Below, in pieces: positions 37,543 through 48,762 of a DNA stretch of 64,000 nt. A model generated the notes under the pieces. It was not told the origin of the DNA and did no database searches. It saw only the letters and a program-made list of their open reading frames with translations. The stretch is from Candidatus Saccharimonadales bacterium (GTDB taxonomy: Bacteria; Patescibacteriota; Saccharimonadia; Saccharimonadales; 2-12-FULL-41-12), in NCBI GenBank assembly GCA_041906505.1, contig JAYRJB010000002.1, positions 2,363 to 66,362 of the forward strand, written 5' to 3'. Made by a program: the position numbers and the translations under genes. The stretch's first letter is position 1. Each line of letters starts with the position of its first letter.

Positions 37543-38220
37543 TCACATATTTTTTTGACTAGTCTTATTTTTTTTAGCTATTGCAAAAGTTTGCTTGCCC
37601 ATAATGTACTGGACGATCGGTAGTTTGAGGTAAAGCTTAATTAATAGTGGATGAGCGGGTATCTTGGAATTGGCAGTATATGGCAGAAACCTAGTTTTAT
37701 TATATGTTGTTTTGAAATCAGTAAGCAGGAAAGCCTCACGTAAGCTTTTTTCGGTCATAGGTAGTGTATGATCCACATAATCCCAATATTGGTTACCTAC
37801 AAGACGGATATTTGGCTGCAAGACCATCAGCCTACCACCGGGTTTAAGGACTCGGTGAATTTCTTTGAGTGTATCAATCAGCTCGTTCTTGCTATCGAGA
37901 TGCTCAAAAAAATTACTAGTGAATACCACATCTACTTTACCCGAAAGTTCTTTAGGTAGGCTTGTACTCAAAGCTTGATATACTTTCACGCCTTTGTTGG
38001 CTTTTTCCTTCACTCTTTCATTTAGATCAACTGCAATTTTCTTCTTGCACTCGATATTATTAATAAATTCACAATATCCTGCTGCAAGATCTAAGACAAC
38101 GTCATCTTTACTTATAAATTTTTGGAAGTAATCCTTGCATAATACTTTCCACATTATGTCTCTTTTTGTAGCATCTTTGTCAAAACGGTCGGCGTATATT
38201 GATAAAACATAGTCTTTCAT
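37543..38220 (-). CDS. Class I SAM-dependent methyltransferase
   Basis: 225 aa. VVLDLAAGYCEF (motif I), VDVVFTSNFFEHL and LKPGGRLMV. Confidence 0.75.
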   Translation of the reverse strand: MKDYVLSIYADRFDKDATKRDIMWKVLCKDYFQKFISKDDVVLDLAAGYCEFINNIECKKKIAVDLNERVKEKANKGVKVYQALSTSLPKELSGKVDVVFTSNFFEHLDSKNELIDTLKEIHRVLKPGGRLMVLQPNIRLVGNQYWDYVDHTLPMTEKSLREAFLLTDFKTTYNKTRFLPYTANSKIPAHPLLIKLYLKLPIVQYIMGKQTFAIAKKNKTSQKNM

Positions 38221-38228
38221 GGATAGCC

Positions 38229-38984
38229 TTACTTAGTTTCTTTCTTTATGTAATCTCCGCGGGAAAGCCACTTCTCTAATAAACAGTATAAGATAATATA
38301 AAAATATCTGCTTCCCATCTCTTTGAGCTTGAGCTTAGACTCGCCCGCTGCTCGATTCGTCCAGTGGTTGGGGACTATGCCGTAGCTGTATCTTCGAACA
38401 ACTACTTTTAGTGGTAACTCAACGGTGAGATTAAAATGGTGGCTTAGAAAGGGCTTTAGTCCATCCATCGTGGAGCGTTTGTATAGCTTGAAGGCATTGG
38501 TGGTGTCGTTGTATCTGATGCCAAATAGTATACTGATGACGGTGTTTGTAAATCTGTTGAGTAGGAGTTTTGTGCGCGGATAGGCATGTGTTTTGCCTCC
38601 CTTGATGAAGCGAGAGCCGAATACGGCGTCGAGATCTTCGTTTACCATTTTTCTATAATAGGTAACCAGATCAACAGGACGGTCTGACATATCTGCCATA
38701 ACAATTGCCACGCAATCACCCTTGAATTCATTTAAACCTTTTCTGACGGCGAACCCGAAACCGTTCGGTGGAGTATTGTTGATGTAGCGAACTTCTTTGA
38801 TCTTTTTGCTTAAGTCTTTGAGGATCGTTTCGGTAGCGTCTTTGCTGTTGTCGTTGATGACTAATATCTCGTGAGGGATTTTCTCTATGCGGAGCTCTTC
38901 GTGAAAGGCGAGCACAGTCTCGCGAATAGACCCTTCTTCGTTATGAGCGGGAATAACAACAGATAGAACGAATTTCCTAGGCAA
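38229..38984 (-). CDS. GT2 polyprenol-phosphate glycosyltransferase (GtrB/DPM1/ArnC-like)
   Basis: 251 aa. LSVVIPAHNEEGSIRETV, VINDNSKDAT, and a C-terminal amphipathic/TM tail (YFYIILYCLLEKW). Confidence 0.75.
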   Translation of the reverse strand: MPRKFVLSVVIPAHNEEGSIRETVLAFHEELRIEKIPHEILVINDNSKDATETILKDLSKKIKEVRYINNTPPNGFGFAVRKGLNEFKGDCVAIVMADMSDRPVDLVTYYRKMVNEDLDAVFGSRFIKGGKTHAYPRTKLLLNRFTNTVISILFGIRYNDTTNAFKLYKRSTMDGLKPFLSHHFNLTVELPLKVVVRRYSYGIVPNHWTNRAAGESKLKLKEMGSRYFYIILYCLLEKWLSRGDYIKKETK

Positions 38985-40047
38985 GGATAGGCTCCAGCTG
39001 TGATTCGTTGGCTTTTATCCAATCATAGATTTCCTGTACGGTTATGTGGGCGTCTTTTTGCCAAGCTAGACCAGATTTATCTAAAAATTTAGTACTGTCG
39101 GTGATGAAGAAGCGCAAGTCTGCTGGACGGTTTTCTAAAACTGATTCTATGGGGATCTTGTTGCCAGTGATTTCTTCGCAAAGCGTAGTGAGCTCTTGGA
39201 GCGAAATGCTATTCTCTAGACCCCCGCCGATGTTATACACCCCATCTGTATAATCTGAGAATCTATTGAGCTGTTTATCTATCGCAGCAAAGAGGTCATC
39301 AATATGAATAAAATCTCTTACTTGTTTGCCCTTCCCGCCGTAGCCAATATAAGAAAGTTGTTTTTTGAAATAGTGCTTGGCAACCCAAAGGACAAAGACG
39401 CCTTGGTCGACCTTTCCCATTTGCCAGGGGCCAGTAATAACTCCACATCGATCAATTATTGCTTGAAGATCATACGTGTCAGCGTACTCTTGGATAACCA
39501 GCTCTGATGCGAGCTTGGTTACACCATAGAGCGAACGGGGTTTGTCGAGTGGAAAATTCTCCGCGATGCCGTTGGTTGATGCACCAACCATTTTTTGATT
39601 GTTCGTAATTGTGAATCGGGTTTTTTCTTCAGTAAAATCAAGCCGGTTTATGTACTCGATTGGATAGACTCGACTGGTAGACAGAAAAACAAATTTTGCA
39701 TTATGTTTACGAGCGAGCTCCAGGCAATTAATGGTAGCGACCAAGTTGGTGTTAAGCAGATACTCGGGAGATGAGTTGATGCCAGCAAGCACCGATGGCT
39801 CTGCTGAACACTCCAGGAGAAGATCAAGTTTGTCTACAACAAAGTCCTCTCGGTTTCGAATATCTCCATGAACGAACTCTATACCTGCCAATTTTAGGCG
39901 TGGGATAGCTAGCTCAGAGCCACGACGCTTGAGATTATCCATACAGACTATGTTAGTGTTAGGATATTTCTCTTTGAGCTTCAGCGCGAGATTTGAACCA
40001 ACAAACCCTGCACCTCCAGTAACGAGAATATTTTTTGATTCCATCAA
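38977..40047 (-). CDS. NAD-dependent sugar epimerase/dehydratase (extended SDR, CDP-paratose-2-epimerase-like)
   Basis: 356 aa. [14 protein letters not shown] (Rossmann fold) and YGVTKLASE (YxxxK). Confidence 0.75.
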   Translation of the reverse strand: MMESKNILVTGGAGFVGSNLALKLKEKYPNTNIVCMDNLKRRGSELAIPRLKLAGIEFVHGDIRNREDFVVDKLDLLLECSAEPSVLAGINSSPEYLLNTNLVATINCLELARKHNAKFVFLSTSRVYPIEYINRLDFTEEKTRFTITNNQKMVGASTNGIAENFPLDKPRSLYGVTKLASELVIQEYADTYDLQAIIDRCGVITGPWQMGKVDQGVFVLWVAKHYFKKQLSYIGYGGKGKQVRDFIHIDDLFAAIDKQLNRFSDYTDGVYNIGGGLENSISLQELTTLCEEITGNKIPIESVLENRPADLRFFITDSTKFLDKSGLAWQKDAHITVQEIYDWIKANESQLEPILA

Positions 40048-41090
40048 TTTTTTACTGCTTCACACATTTCTTTGAGGATTGCATCAATACCGTACTCGAA
40101 ATTCCAATCTGGATAGTGTGCTTTGAACTTAGAAACATCGGAGATGTACCAAATGTGATCGCCGATGCGGTTTTCTTCGGATAGTTCATAGTGAGCTTTT
40201 TTTCCAAGAAGCTTCTCGATTTTCTCGATGGCTTCGATTATGGAGATATTAGAATTTCGTGCTCCTCCAATGTTGTAGATCTCGCCAGAACGAGGGTTAT
40301 TGTAGAAATGATAAAAGGCATTCACGAGATCATGTGAGTGAATGTTGTCACGGACTTGCTTGCCCTTATAGCCAAAGATTGTGTACTTCTTGCCACTGTA
40401 AATGCATTTGATGAGATAGGCGAGAAAGCCATGAAGCTCTGCTCCAGAGTGGGAGGGACCGGTGAGACACCCCCCGCGAAACACTGCTGTTTTGAAGCCA
40501 AAATATTTACCATATTCTTGCACCATCACGTCAGCAGCTACCTTTGACGCGCCGAATATAGAATGCTTTGTATTGTCGATGCTCATTGATTCATCAATAC
40601 CTTCGTAATATTCATGATCAGCTGGGAGTTCCCAGCGCTTTTCGAGTTCGACTAGCGGCAATCGATTCGGCGTGTCCCCGTAAACCTTGTTGGTTGAGGT
40701 AAAAATAAATACTGCCTCTGGACAGTGTTTTCGCATAGCTTCGAGCATGACCAGGGTACCATTGGCATTGACGGTAAAGTCTGTAATTGGCTCACGAGCT
40801 GCCCAGTCATGAGAAGGTTGAGCAGCGGTGTGGATAATAAGGTCAAATTTGTGTTTTTTGAATATATCACCGATGGCTTTTTCATCGCGGATATCGGCCT
40901 TGTAGTGGGTATATTGTGCTTTGAGCTGAGCCTCTATTTTTTTGCGATTCCAGTTGGTGCTGGCCTCTGTACCGAAAAAATAGCTTCGCATATCGTTATC
41001 AACGCCAACAATATCAAAGCCTTTTTCTGCGAAAAACTTGGCCGCCTCCGAGCCAATAAGACCACCTGAGCCTGTTACCAGCGCTTTCAT
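40044..41090 (-). CDS. NAD-dependent sugar epimerase/dehydratase (extended SDR, paralogue of the adjacent gene)
   Basis: 348 aa. [23 protein letters not shown] (YxxxK position; F replaces Y in my reading of SIFGASK), and [13 protein letters not shown], which is shared in pattern with its neighbour ([14 protein letters not shown]). Confidence 0.7.
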   Translation of the reverse strand: MKALVTGSGGLIGSEAAKFFAEKGFDIVGVDNDMRSYFFGTEASTNWNRKKIEAQLKAQYTHYKADIRDEKAIGDIFKKHKFDLIIHTAAQPSHDWAAREPITDFTVNANGTLVMLEAMRKHCPEAVFIFTSTNKVYGDTPNRLPLVELEKRWELPADHEYYEGIDESMSIDNTKHSIFGASKVAADVMVQEYGKYFGFKTAVFRGGCLTGPSHSGAELHGFLAYLIKCIYSGKKYTIFGYKGKQVRDNIHSHDLVNAFYHFYNNPRSGEIYNIGGARNSNISIIEAIEKIEKLLGKKAHYELSEENRIGDHIWYISDVSKFKAHYPDWNFEYGIDAILKEMCEAVKN

Positions 41091-41202
41091 TGCACCCCTT
41101 TCTAAGAAATCCTGTTACTACAATTATAAGGAGTTGTGTGTTCTTTAGTCAAACACTCAACAGATTGAAATAGACAACAATCTACCTTACTATTATGAGA
41201 AC

Positions 41203-42528
41203 ATGAATATAGCAGTTGTTGGGACAGGCTATGTGGGTCTGGTGAGTGGCACTTGCTTTGCTGAGCTTGGCAACAATGTTACCTGTGTTGACGTAGACAG
41301 AAGCAAGGTTGCTCGGCTAAAAAGGGGCGAGGTACCGATATATGAACCGGGGCTAAAAGAGCTTTTTGATAGAAATACTTCCGAAGGAAGACTACATTTT
41401 ACGGCAAAATTAAACGTGGGCATAAAAGACGCTGAAGTAATATTTTTGGCTCTTCCAACTCCGCCACAAGAAGATGGGGGTGCAGATCTCAAATATATTC
41501 TCAAAGTTGCGGAAGATCTAGGTAAAGAACTTGACCACTATGCTGTAATTGTTGACAAGAGCACGGTTCCCGTTGGTACAGCCAAGAAAGTTCGCCAAAA
41601 GATAATGGAGAATGCTAAAACAGAATTCGATGTTGTTTCGAATCCAGAGTTTTTGAAGGAAGGTTACGCAATTGAGGATTTTCTAAATCCCGATCGCATT
41701 GTTGTAGGCGCAAGTTCTAAGCGGGCTAGACTGATTATGCAACGACTCTATGCTCCTTTAGAGCAAAAAGCTGGAAGTATTATGTTTATGGATGAGCGAT
41801 CTGCCGAAATGACGAAGTATGCTGCGAATGCATTTCTCGCCACAAAGATATCTTTTATTAATGAAATCGCGAATCTTTGTGAGGCTGTGGGTTCTGACGT
41901 TGATGCTGTGCGAGAAGGAATCGGTAGCGACCAAAGAATCGGTAAGCGATTCTTAAACGCAGGTATTGGCTACGGAGGAAGCTGTTTCCCAAAAGACGTC
42001 CAAGCATTGGCGAAAACTGGTTCTGATCATGACTATGATTTTCAAATACTACAGTCAGTAATGGTTGTGAATAACGCTCAAAAAAAGAGGATACTTAAAA
42101 AAATTCAAACTCACTATGAAGATAGTTTGCGGGGCAGAACTTTTGCGTTGTGGGGTTTGGCGTTCAAGCCAAATACAGATGATATTAGGGAAGCGCCAGC
42201 GCTCGATATCATAGAATATTTGCTGGCGAGAGGTGCACGAATAAAGGCATTTGATCCAGAAGCTAAAGAAAACATCCGAAAAAAATTCCCTACAGAAAAA
42301 GGACTGAAGTTATTTGACGATCAATATGCTGCCCTTAAAGGCGGCGACGCTCTCATAATCGCGACCGAGTGGAATGAATTTAAAAGCCCAGACTTTGAGC
42401 GCATGAAAAAACTGCTCAAGCACCCCACAATATTCGATGGACGCAATCTTTATCCAGTCGAAGATATGGAACGAAAGGGTTTTATGTATGAAAGTATTGG
42501 ACGCAGAAAGATAGGAAAAAAAGCGTGA
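41203..42528 (+). CDS. ugd: UDP-glucose 6-dehydrogenase
   Basis: 441 aa. MNIAVVGTGYVGLVSGTCFAELG and the catalytic-Cys motif GYGGSCFPKD. Confidence 0.9.
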   Translation: MNIAVVGTGYVGLVSGTCFAELGNNVTCVDVDRSKVARLKRGEVPIYEPGLKELFDRNTSEGRLHFTAKLNVGIKDAEVIFLALPTPPQEDGGADLKYILKVAEDLGKELDHYAVIVDKSTVPVGTAKKVRQKIMENAKTEFDVVSNPEFLKEGYAIEDFLNPDRIVVGASSKRARLIMQRLYAPLEQKAGSIMFMDERSAEMTKYAANAFLATKISFINEIANLCEAVGSDVDAVREGIGSDQRIGKRFLNAGIGYGGSCFPKDVQALAKTGSDHDYDFQILQSVMVVNNAQKKRILKKIQTHYEDSLRGRTFALWGLAFKPNTDDIREAPALDIIEYLLARGARIKAFDPEAKENIRKKFPTEKGLKLFDDQYAALKGGDALIIATEWNEFKSPDFERMKKLLKHPTIFDGRNLYPVEDMERKGFMYESIGRRKIGKKA

Positions 42529-43484
42529 GCAGGGTACTAATAGCGGGAGGAGCGGGATTCCTTGGCTCATATTTATGTGATTATTACCTAGAAAAGGGAT
42601 ACAAAGTTGATGCTGTTGATAATCTTTCTACTGGATCAGTAAAGAACATTTTGCACATAGAAAACAAGAAAAACTTCACCTTCTACAACGCAGATATCGT
42701 AGAGAAGCTGCCAAAGCAAATACAAGATGTTAACTATGCGTTTATTTTGAATATGGCATCACCAGCCAGTCCACCACATTATCAACGACTTGCACTTGAA
42801 ACGCTTCAAGTAGGATCGGTAGGTAGTAAGAACTTACTCGATCTCTCGACGAAAAATGATGCCGTGTACTTCTTTGCATCAACAAGTGAGGTGTATGGTG
42901 ATCCAGAAATTCATCCCCAACCAGAGACGTATAAAGGTAGTGTAAATTGTTATGGTCCAAGGAGTATGTATGATGAGTCAAAACGATACGGTGAGTCATT
43001 GACGTATGTTTATAGGTACTCATATGGTGCAAAAACAAGGATTGCTCGTTTCTTCAACACGTATGGACCGCGAATGGACGCAAATGATGGACGTGTGGTT
43101 TCAAACTTTATTGTCCAAGCTTTGGCCGGAAAAGATCTCACGGTATATGGTGATGGCAGTCAAACTCGAAGTTTTTGTTATGTTGATGATCTGATACGGG
43201 GGATTGTGGCTCTGATTGAATCGGATTACGAAGAGCCTATGAACTTGGGAAATCCAATGGAGTTTACAGTTAATGAGCTGGCAGAGAAGGTGCTAGAGCT
43301 TACGAAAAGTAAGTCCAGAGTCACCCACCATCCTTTACCAGGGGATGATCCGCTGCAACGGAAACCAATAATTCGCCTTGCACAAGAAGAACTAAACTGG
43401 TCTCCCACAATAGACCTGGAAACGGGCCTAAAGAAAACAATCGATTATTTTGCAAATGAGCAACAACTAAAGCTTGTCAGCTAA
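42525..43484 (+). CDS. uxs: UDP-glucuronate decarboxylase (UDP-xylose synthase)
   Basis: 319 aa. LIAGGAGFLGSYL, ASTSEVYGDP, YDESKR, RFFNTYGPRM..DGRVVSNF, YGDGSQTRSFCYV and LGNPMEFT match the UXS family almost block by block. Confidence 0.85.
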   Translation: MSRVLIAGGAGFLGSYLCDYYLEKGYKVDAVDNLSTGSVKNILHIENKKNFTFYNADIVEKLPKQIQDVNYAFILNMASPASPPHYQRLALETLQVGSVGSKNLLDLSTKNDAVYFFASTSEVYGDPEIHPQPETYKGSVNCYGPRSMYDESKRYGESLTYVYRYSYGAKTRIARFFNTYGPRMDANDGRVVSNFIVQALAGKDLTVYGDGSQTRSFCYVDDLIRGIVALIESDYEEPMNLGNPMEFTVNELAEKVLELTKSKSRVTHHPLPGDDPLQRKPIIRLAQEELNWSPTIDLETGLKKTIDYFANEQQLKLVS

Positions 43485-43881
43485 CAAATATTTTTGTTTT
43501 ATACAGATAATATGTCCAAGATATCTGTACCGTTACGGCGATAACCTTCGCAATCGCATAGTTTATAAAATGGCTCGCAATGCTAACAAAAGTGACGGTG
43601 AATAGGTAGTTAAAGCCAAGTAGTAGTAGATAAAGAGCGAGGTGTTTGCTTAAGTTTGCTTTGTCTGTTGCGCTAAATGTCCACAGGCGGTTAAGAGTGA
43701 AATTGTAGGCAATTGCAGTCCAATACGAAATACTGGCCGCAACAGGAATGATGATACCCATATAATCATGTAGAACTACGAGTAGCCCGAGATCAATTGC
43801 AAAGGTTGAACCTCCAACAAATACATAACGGACAAACGAATGCCTATAAAAAAATCCCGCAGTATCTTTAACTCGATCCAT
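43477..43881 (-). CDS. GtrA-family membrane protein
   Basis: 134 aa with 4 TM segments. FVRYVFVGGSTFAIDLGLL and LNRLWTF are typical of GtrA. Confidence 0.75.
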   Translation of the reverse strand: MDRVKDTAGFFYRHSFVRYVFVGGSTFAIDLGLLVVLHDYMGIIIPVAASISYWTAIAYNFTLNRLWTFSATDKANLSKHLALYLLLLGFNYLFTVTFVSIASHFINYAIAKVIAVTVQISWTYYLYKTKIFVS

Positions 43882-43884
43882 ATA

Positions 43885-44745
43885 CTATTCAATGAGGCCC
43901 AGCAAATATTCGCCGTAGCCGGATTTCTTAAGGGGCTCGGCAATTTCAAGTAATCTTTGTTTATCAATAAACCCTTGCTCGTAGGCTACTTCTTCTGGAC
44001 AGCCGATTTTAATGCCTTGGCGTGCTTCGACGACTTCTACAAACTGTGATGCTTGGTTCATGCTTTCGAATGTTCCAGTGTCGAGCCAGGCTGTACCGCG
44101 ATCGAGTAAACAAACCTTTAGCTTGCCCATTTTTAGGTAGGCATCGAGCACAGAAGTAATTTCAACTTCTCCTCTGGCGCTAGGCTGAACATTTTTTGCA
44201 ATTTCTACCACCTGGTTGTCGCAAAAGTATAGGCCAGCGTTTGCATAATTTGACTTAGGATTTTCGGGTTTTTCCTCGATAGAAAGTACGTTCATGTCTT
44301 GGTCAAATTCGTAGACACCATAGCGCTCTGGGTCTGTGACTTGGGCAGCAAAGCCAACTGCGCCATCAACGTCTGTAAATTCTTTTAATTGCTTGTCCAT
44401 CTGAGAACCGTAAAAGATGTTGTCCCCAAGAATCATTGCTACCTTTTGGTCTCCAATAAACTCGGCACCAATGATGAAGGCATCGGCGAGGCCTCGTGGT
44501 TCAGCTTGAACTTTATAGCTAAGACGTATGCCCCAATCCGAGCCGTCTCCAAGTAATTTCTGAAACTGCTCTTGGTCGTGGGGGGTGGTGATGATGAGTA
44601 TTTCTCTGATCCCTGCACTCATGAGTGTGCTAAGAGGATAATAAACCATTGGCTTATCATAGATTGGTACGAGCTGTTTGCTGATTGCCCGTGTAATTGG
44701 ATACAATCTTGTGCCGCTGCCACCGGCCAATATGATCCCTTTCAT
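43885..44745 (-). CDS. rmlA: Glucose-1-phosphate thymidylyltransferase
   Basis: 286 aa. [39 protein letters not shown] is near-canonical RmlA. Confidence 0.93.
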   Translation of the reverse strand: MKGIILAGGSGTRLYPITRAISKQLVPIYDKPMVYYPLSTLMSAGIREILIITTPHDQEQFQKLLGDGSDWGIRLSYKVQAEPRGLADAFIIGAEFIGDQKVAMILGDNIFYGSQMDKQLKEFTDVDGAVGFAAQVTDPERYGVYEFDQDMNVLSIEEKPENPKSNYANAGLYFCDNQVVEIAKNVQPSARGEVEITSVLDAYLKMGKLKVCLLDRGTAWLDTGTFESMNQASQFVEVVEARQGIKIGCPEEVAYEQGFIDKQRLLEIAEPLKKSGYGEYLLGLIE

Positions 44746-44993
44746 GCGAAACTCCTCAACACTTCAGACTGTTTTGTGGCAGAGCTACAAACTCTTCTGA
44801 AGTTGTTGGCACTTAGCTGTGTTACAAATTGTGATGCTCGTTCGATGTATCTATAATACACCTCCCTGCGCTTCTCATTTGTGCGTTGCTCAGTGCTCAA
44901 CTGAGAAGTTTGCAAAAAACCAGAATGCAAGAAGTGCAAAATACAATTAACAGTGAGCGAGGAGGCAATGTCTTTACTGGGATTGGATGTCAT
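44742..44993 (-). CDS. Small hypothetical protein (83 aa) translationally coupled between rmlD and rmlA
   Basis: ATG 44993-44991 overlaps the rmlD stop (ATGA). Its TGA at 44744-44742 overlaps the rmlA ATG (ATGA). The frame is open across the whole 244-nt gap. No recognisable motif. Confidence 0.4.
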   Translation of the reverse strand: MTSNPSKDIASSLTVNCILHFLHSGFLQTSQLSTEQRTNEKRREVYYRYIERASQFVTQLSANNFRRVCSSATKQSEVLRSFA

Positions 44994-45853
44994 TTGGTTT
45001 GCTCCTTTTCTAAGTATGATTTTAAGTCTTCTACCCAATCTTTGGGCACAAAGCCGGTTGATTGGATCTTTGTCAAATCAAGAGAGCTTTGTAATGGTCT
45101 TGGTGCGATGCCTTCTTTTCCTGCGAAGTAGTCAACCGTAGAAGCATCTGTTACTGATAGATCAGTTCGTCCAAGGAATTCAAATATCTGTCGAGTAATG
45201 TCTGCCCAACTGGCGGGCGAGCCGCCGTTGCTGACGTTATAGGTGCCAGAGAGTTGCGAAGAAGAAAGCAAGTGATCAATTGTCCGAACAAGTTCGCTTG
45301 TAAAGGTAAGCCGACCAATTTGATCGGCAACTACCGTGGGTGAGATATTTTTTTCAGCGACTCCGACCATAGTACGAACAAAATTTTTGCCTTCGCCAAT
45401 TACCCAAGAAGTACGGAGAATATAGTGCTTTGGGGTAGTTGCACAGGCTATATCGCCAGCGGCCTTACTGGCACCGTACACAGATAATGGACTGAAGGCT
45501 TCGTTCTCTGTATGACTGTCCTTTGTGCCATCAAAAACATAGTCCGAAGATATGTGTAGAAGAACTAGGTCGTGGACTGTTGCAACTCGTGCAAGATTTG
45601 AAACAGCCAAGGCATTCACCGCCCATGCTGCTACTCGGCCTTCTGCTGATTCAGCTCCGTCAACGTTGGTGTATGCGGCTGCATTCAAGATGTGTGTAAT
45701 GTTTGACCAATCAAAGCTCTCTACGGCTTCTTGATCGGTAATATCGAGCTCGTCGCTATCGACGGCTTTTGCATCTGGGTACTGGGATTGCAAAGCCAAA
45801 CCCAGCTGACCACGAGAACCTATAATTAAAAACTTTGAACTATCCATGTTCAA
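44990..45853 (-). CDS. rmlD: dTDP-4-dehydrorhamnose reductase
   Basis: 287 aa. LIIGSRGQLG, YGASKAAGD and operon context. Confidence 0.88.
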   Translation of the reverse strand: MNMDSSKFLIIGSRGQLGLALQSQYPDAKAVDSDELDITDQEAVESFDWSNITHILNAAAYTNVDGAESAEGRVAAWAVNALAVSNLARVATVHDLVLLHISSDYVFDGTKDSHTENEAFSPLSVYGASKAAGDIACATTPKHYILRTSWVIGEGKNFVRTMVGVAEKNISPTVVADQIGRLTFTSELVRTIDHLLSSSQLSGTYNVSNGGSPASWADITRQIFEFLGRTDLSVTDASTVDYFAGKEGIAPRPLQSSLDLTKIQSTGFVPKDWVEDLKSYLEKEQTK

Positions 45854-46397
45854 ACTTCCATTGGAATTACGTCCTTAAGCAAAGGATGGTGTTTATCTTT
45901 TTCGGAAAGCAACAAAGGATCAATTGGGATTGGCCATTTAATGCCAAGTGTTGGATCTTGGAGATTTACAAAAGTATATCGAGATTCTGGCGACCAATGT
46001 TCGTTGACTAAGTAGGTATATGCCACGTTTTCATCCAGAGTTTGGTAGCCATTGGCAACTCCCCTCGGAACAAAAACGGCCTTCTCTGGAGTGATTTCTG
46101 TCGTCAAAACTGTGCCAAAGGAATCACCTTTGCGCAAGTCTACCCACGCACCAAACACCCGGCCAGTCGCAACAGAAATAAATTTTTCCCAAGGTTCCGC
46201 ATGGAGGCCTCGAGCAACACCCTTTTCTGAATTAAATGAGATGTTATTTTGAACTATTTCAAACCGAGGTAGTCCGAGAGCTTCCAATTTTTCTCGTTGA
46301 TAGTTTTCCTTAAACCAACCACGATTGTCGCCATGTAGCACAAGGTCTACCTCATAAAATCCTGGGATAATTGTTTCTTTGACCGAAAGATCGCTCA

Positions 46398-46398
<1 letters not shown>
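45850..46398 (-). CDS. rmlC: dTDP-4-dehydrorhamnose 3,5-epimerase
   Basis: Start placed at ATG 46398 (MSDLSVKETIIPGFYEVDL), which forms TGATG with the rmlB stop. Cupin motifs RGWFKENY and RGLHAEPW. Confidence 0.88.
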
Positions 46399-47977
<1,579 letters not shown>

Positions 47978-47986
47978 AGGAGATAT

Positions 47987-48760
47987 ATGAAAAAATTAAT
48001 TGCATTTGATTTGGACGGAACGCTTGCACCAAGTAAATCTCCGCTACCGGATAGAATGAGTGTATTGCTTGGAGAACTTCTTGAGAGATACGAAGTGTGT
48101 ATAATATCCGGTGGAAAATATAAGCTTTTTCAGACGCAAGTCCTAACTAACTTACAGTGTGAGCCAGAACAATTGTGTCGTTTACATTTAATGCCAACCA
48201 GCGGCACACGCTACTATTTTTATGACGAAACGAAAAATGACTGGCAGCTTGCGTACGCAGAAGACATAGAGCCAGCGGATAAAAAGAGGATCATCCAAGC
48301 ACTAAATGATGGTCTTGACGAAGCTGGCTATCGGCCGGACAAAACCTACGGAGAGATAATCGAAGATCGGGACAGCCAGATTACACTTTCTATTCTTGGG
48401 CAGGAAATTGTCGCAGAGCTTGGTCTCAAAGGTGTGGATATCAAAGAAGCGTGGGATCCAGATGGAACTAAAAAGATGCAACTCCGAAATATCATCGCGC
48501 CAAAGATTCCAGAATTTGAAGTACGAGCTGCTGGAGCTACATCGATTGATGTGACGAGACCAGGGATAGACAAGGCCTACGGCATGCGAAAACTTATGGA
48601 GCACACTGGATTAGAAAAAAAAGACATATTCTTCATGGGAGATAAAATTCTTGAGGGCGGCAATGACTACCCAGTTAAAACAATGGGCATAGATTGCATC
48701 GAGGTTCGTAACTGGGAAGATACTAGTTACGCGATTGAGGCAATTATTAAACTTGAATAA
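47987..48760 (+). CDS. HAD-IIB family hydrolase/phosphomutase (eukaryotic-type phosphomannomutase-like)
   Basis: 257 aa. IAFDLDGTLAPSKSPL (the DxDxT motif), VCIISGGKY, and the late motif FFMGDKILEGGNDYP. Confidence 0.65.
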   Translation: MKKLIAFDLDGTLAPSKSPLPDRMSVLLGELLERYEVCIISGGKYKLFQTQVLTNLQCEPEQLCRLHLMPTSGTRYYFYDETKNDWQLAYAEDIEPADKKRIIQALNDGLDEAGYRPDKTYGEIIEDRDSQITLSILGQEIVAELGLKGVDIKEAWDPDGTKKMQLRNIIAPKIPEFEVRAAGATSIDVTRPGIDKAYGMRKLMEHTGLEKKDIFFMGDKILEGGNDYPVKTMGIDCIEVRNWEDTSYAIEAIIKLE

Positions 48761-48762
48761 AC

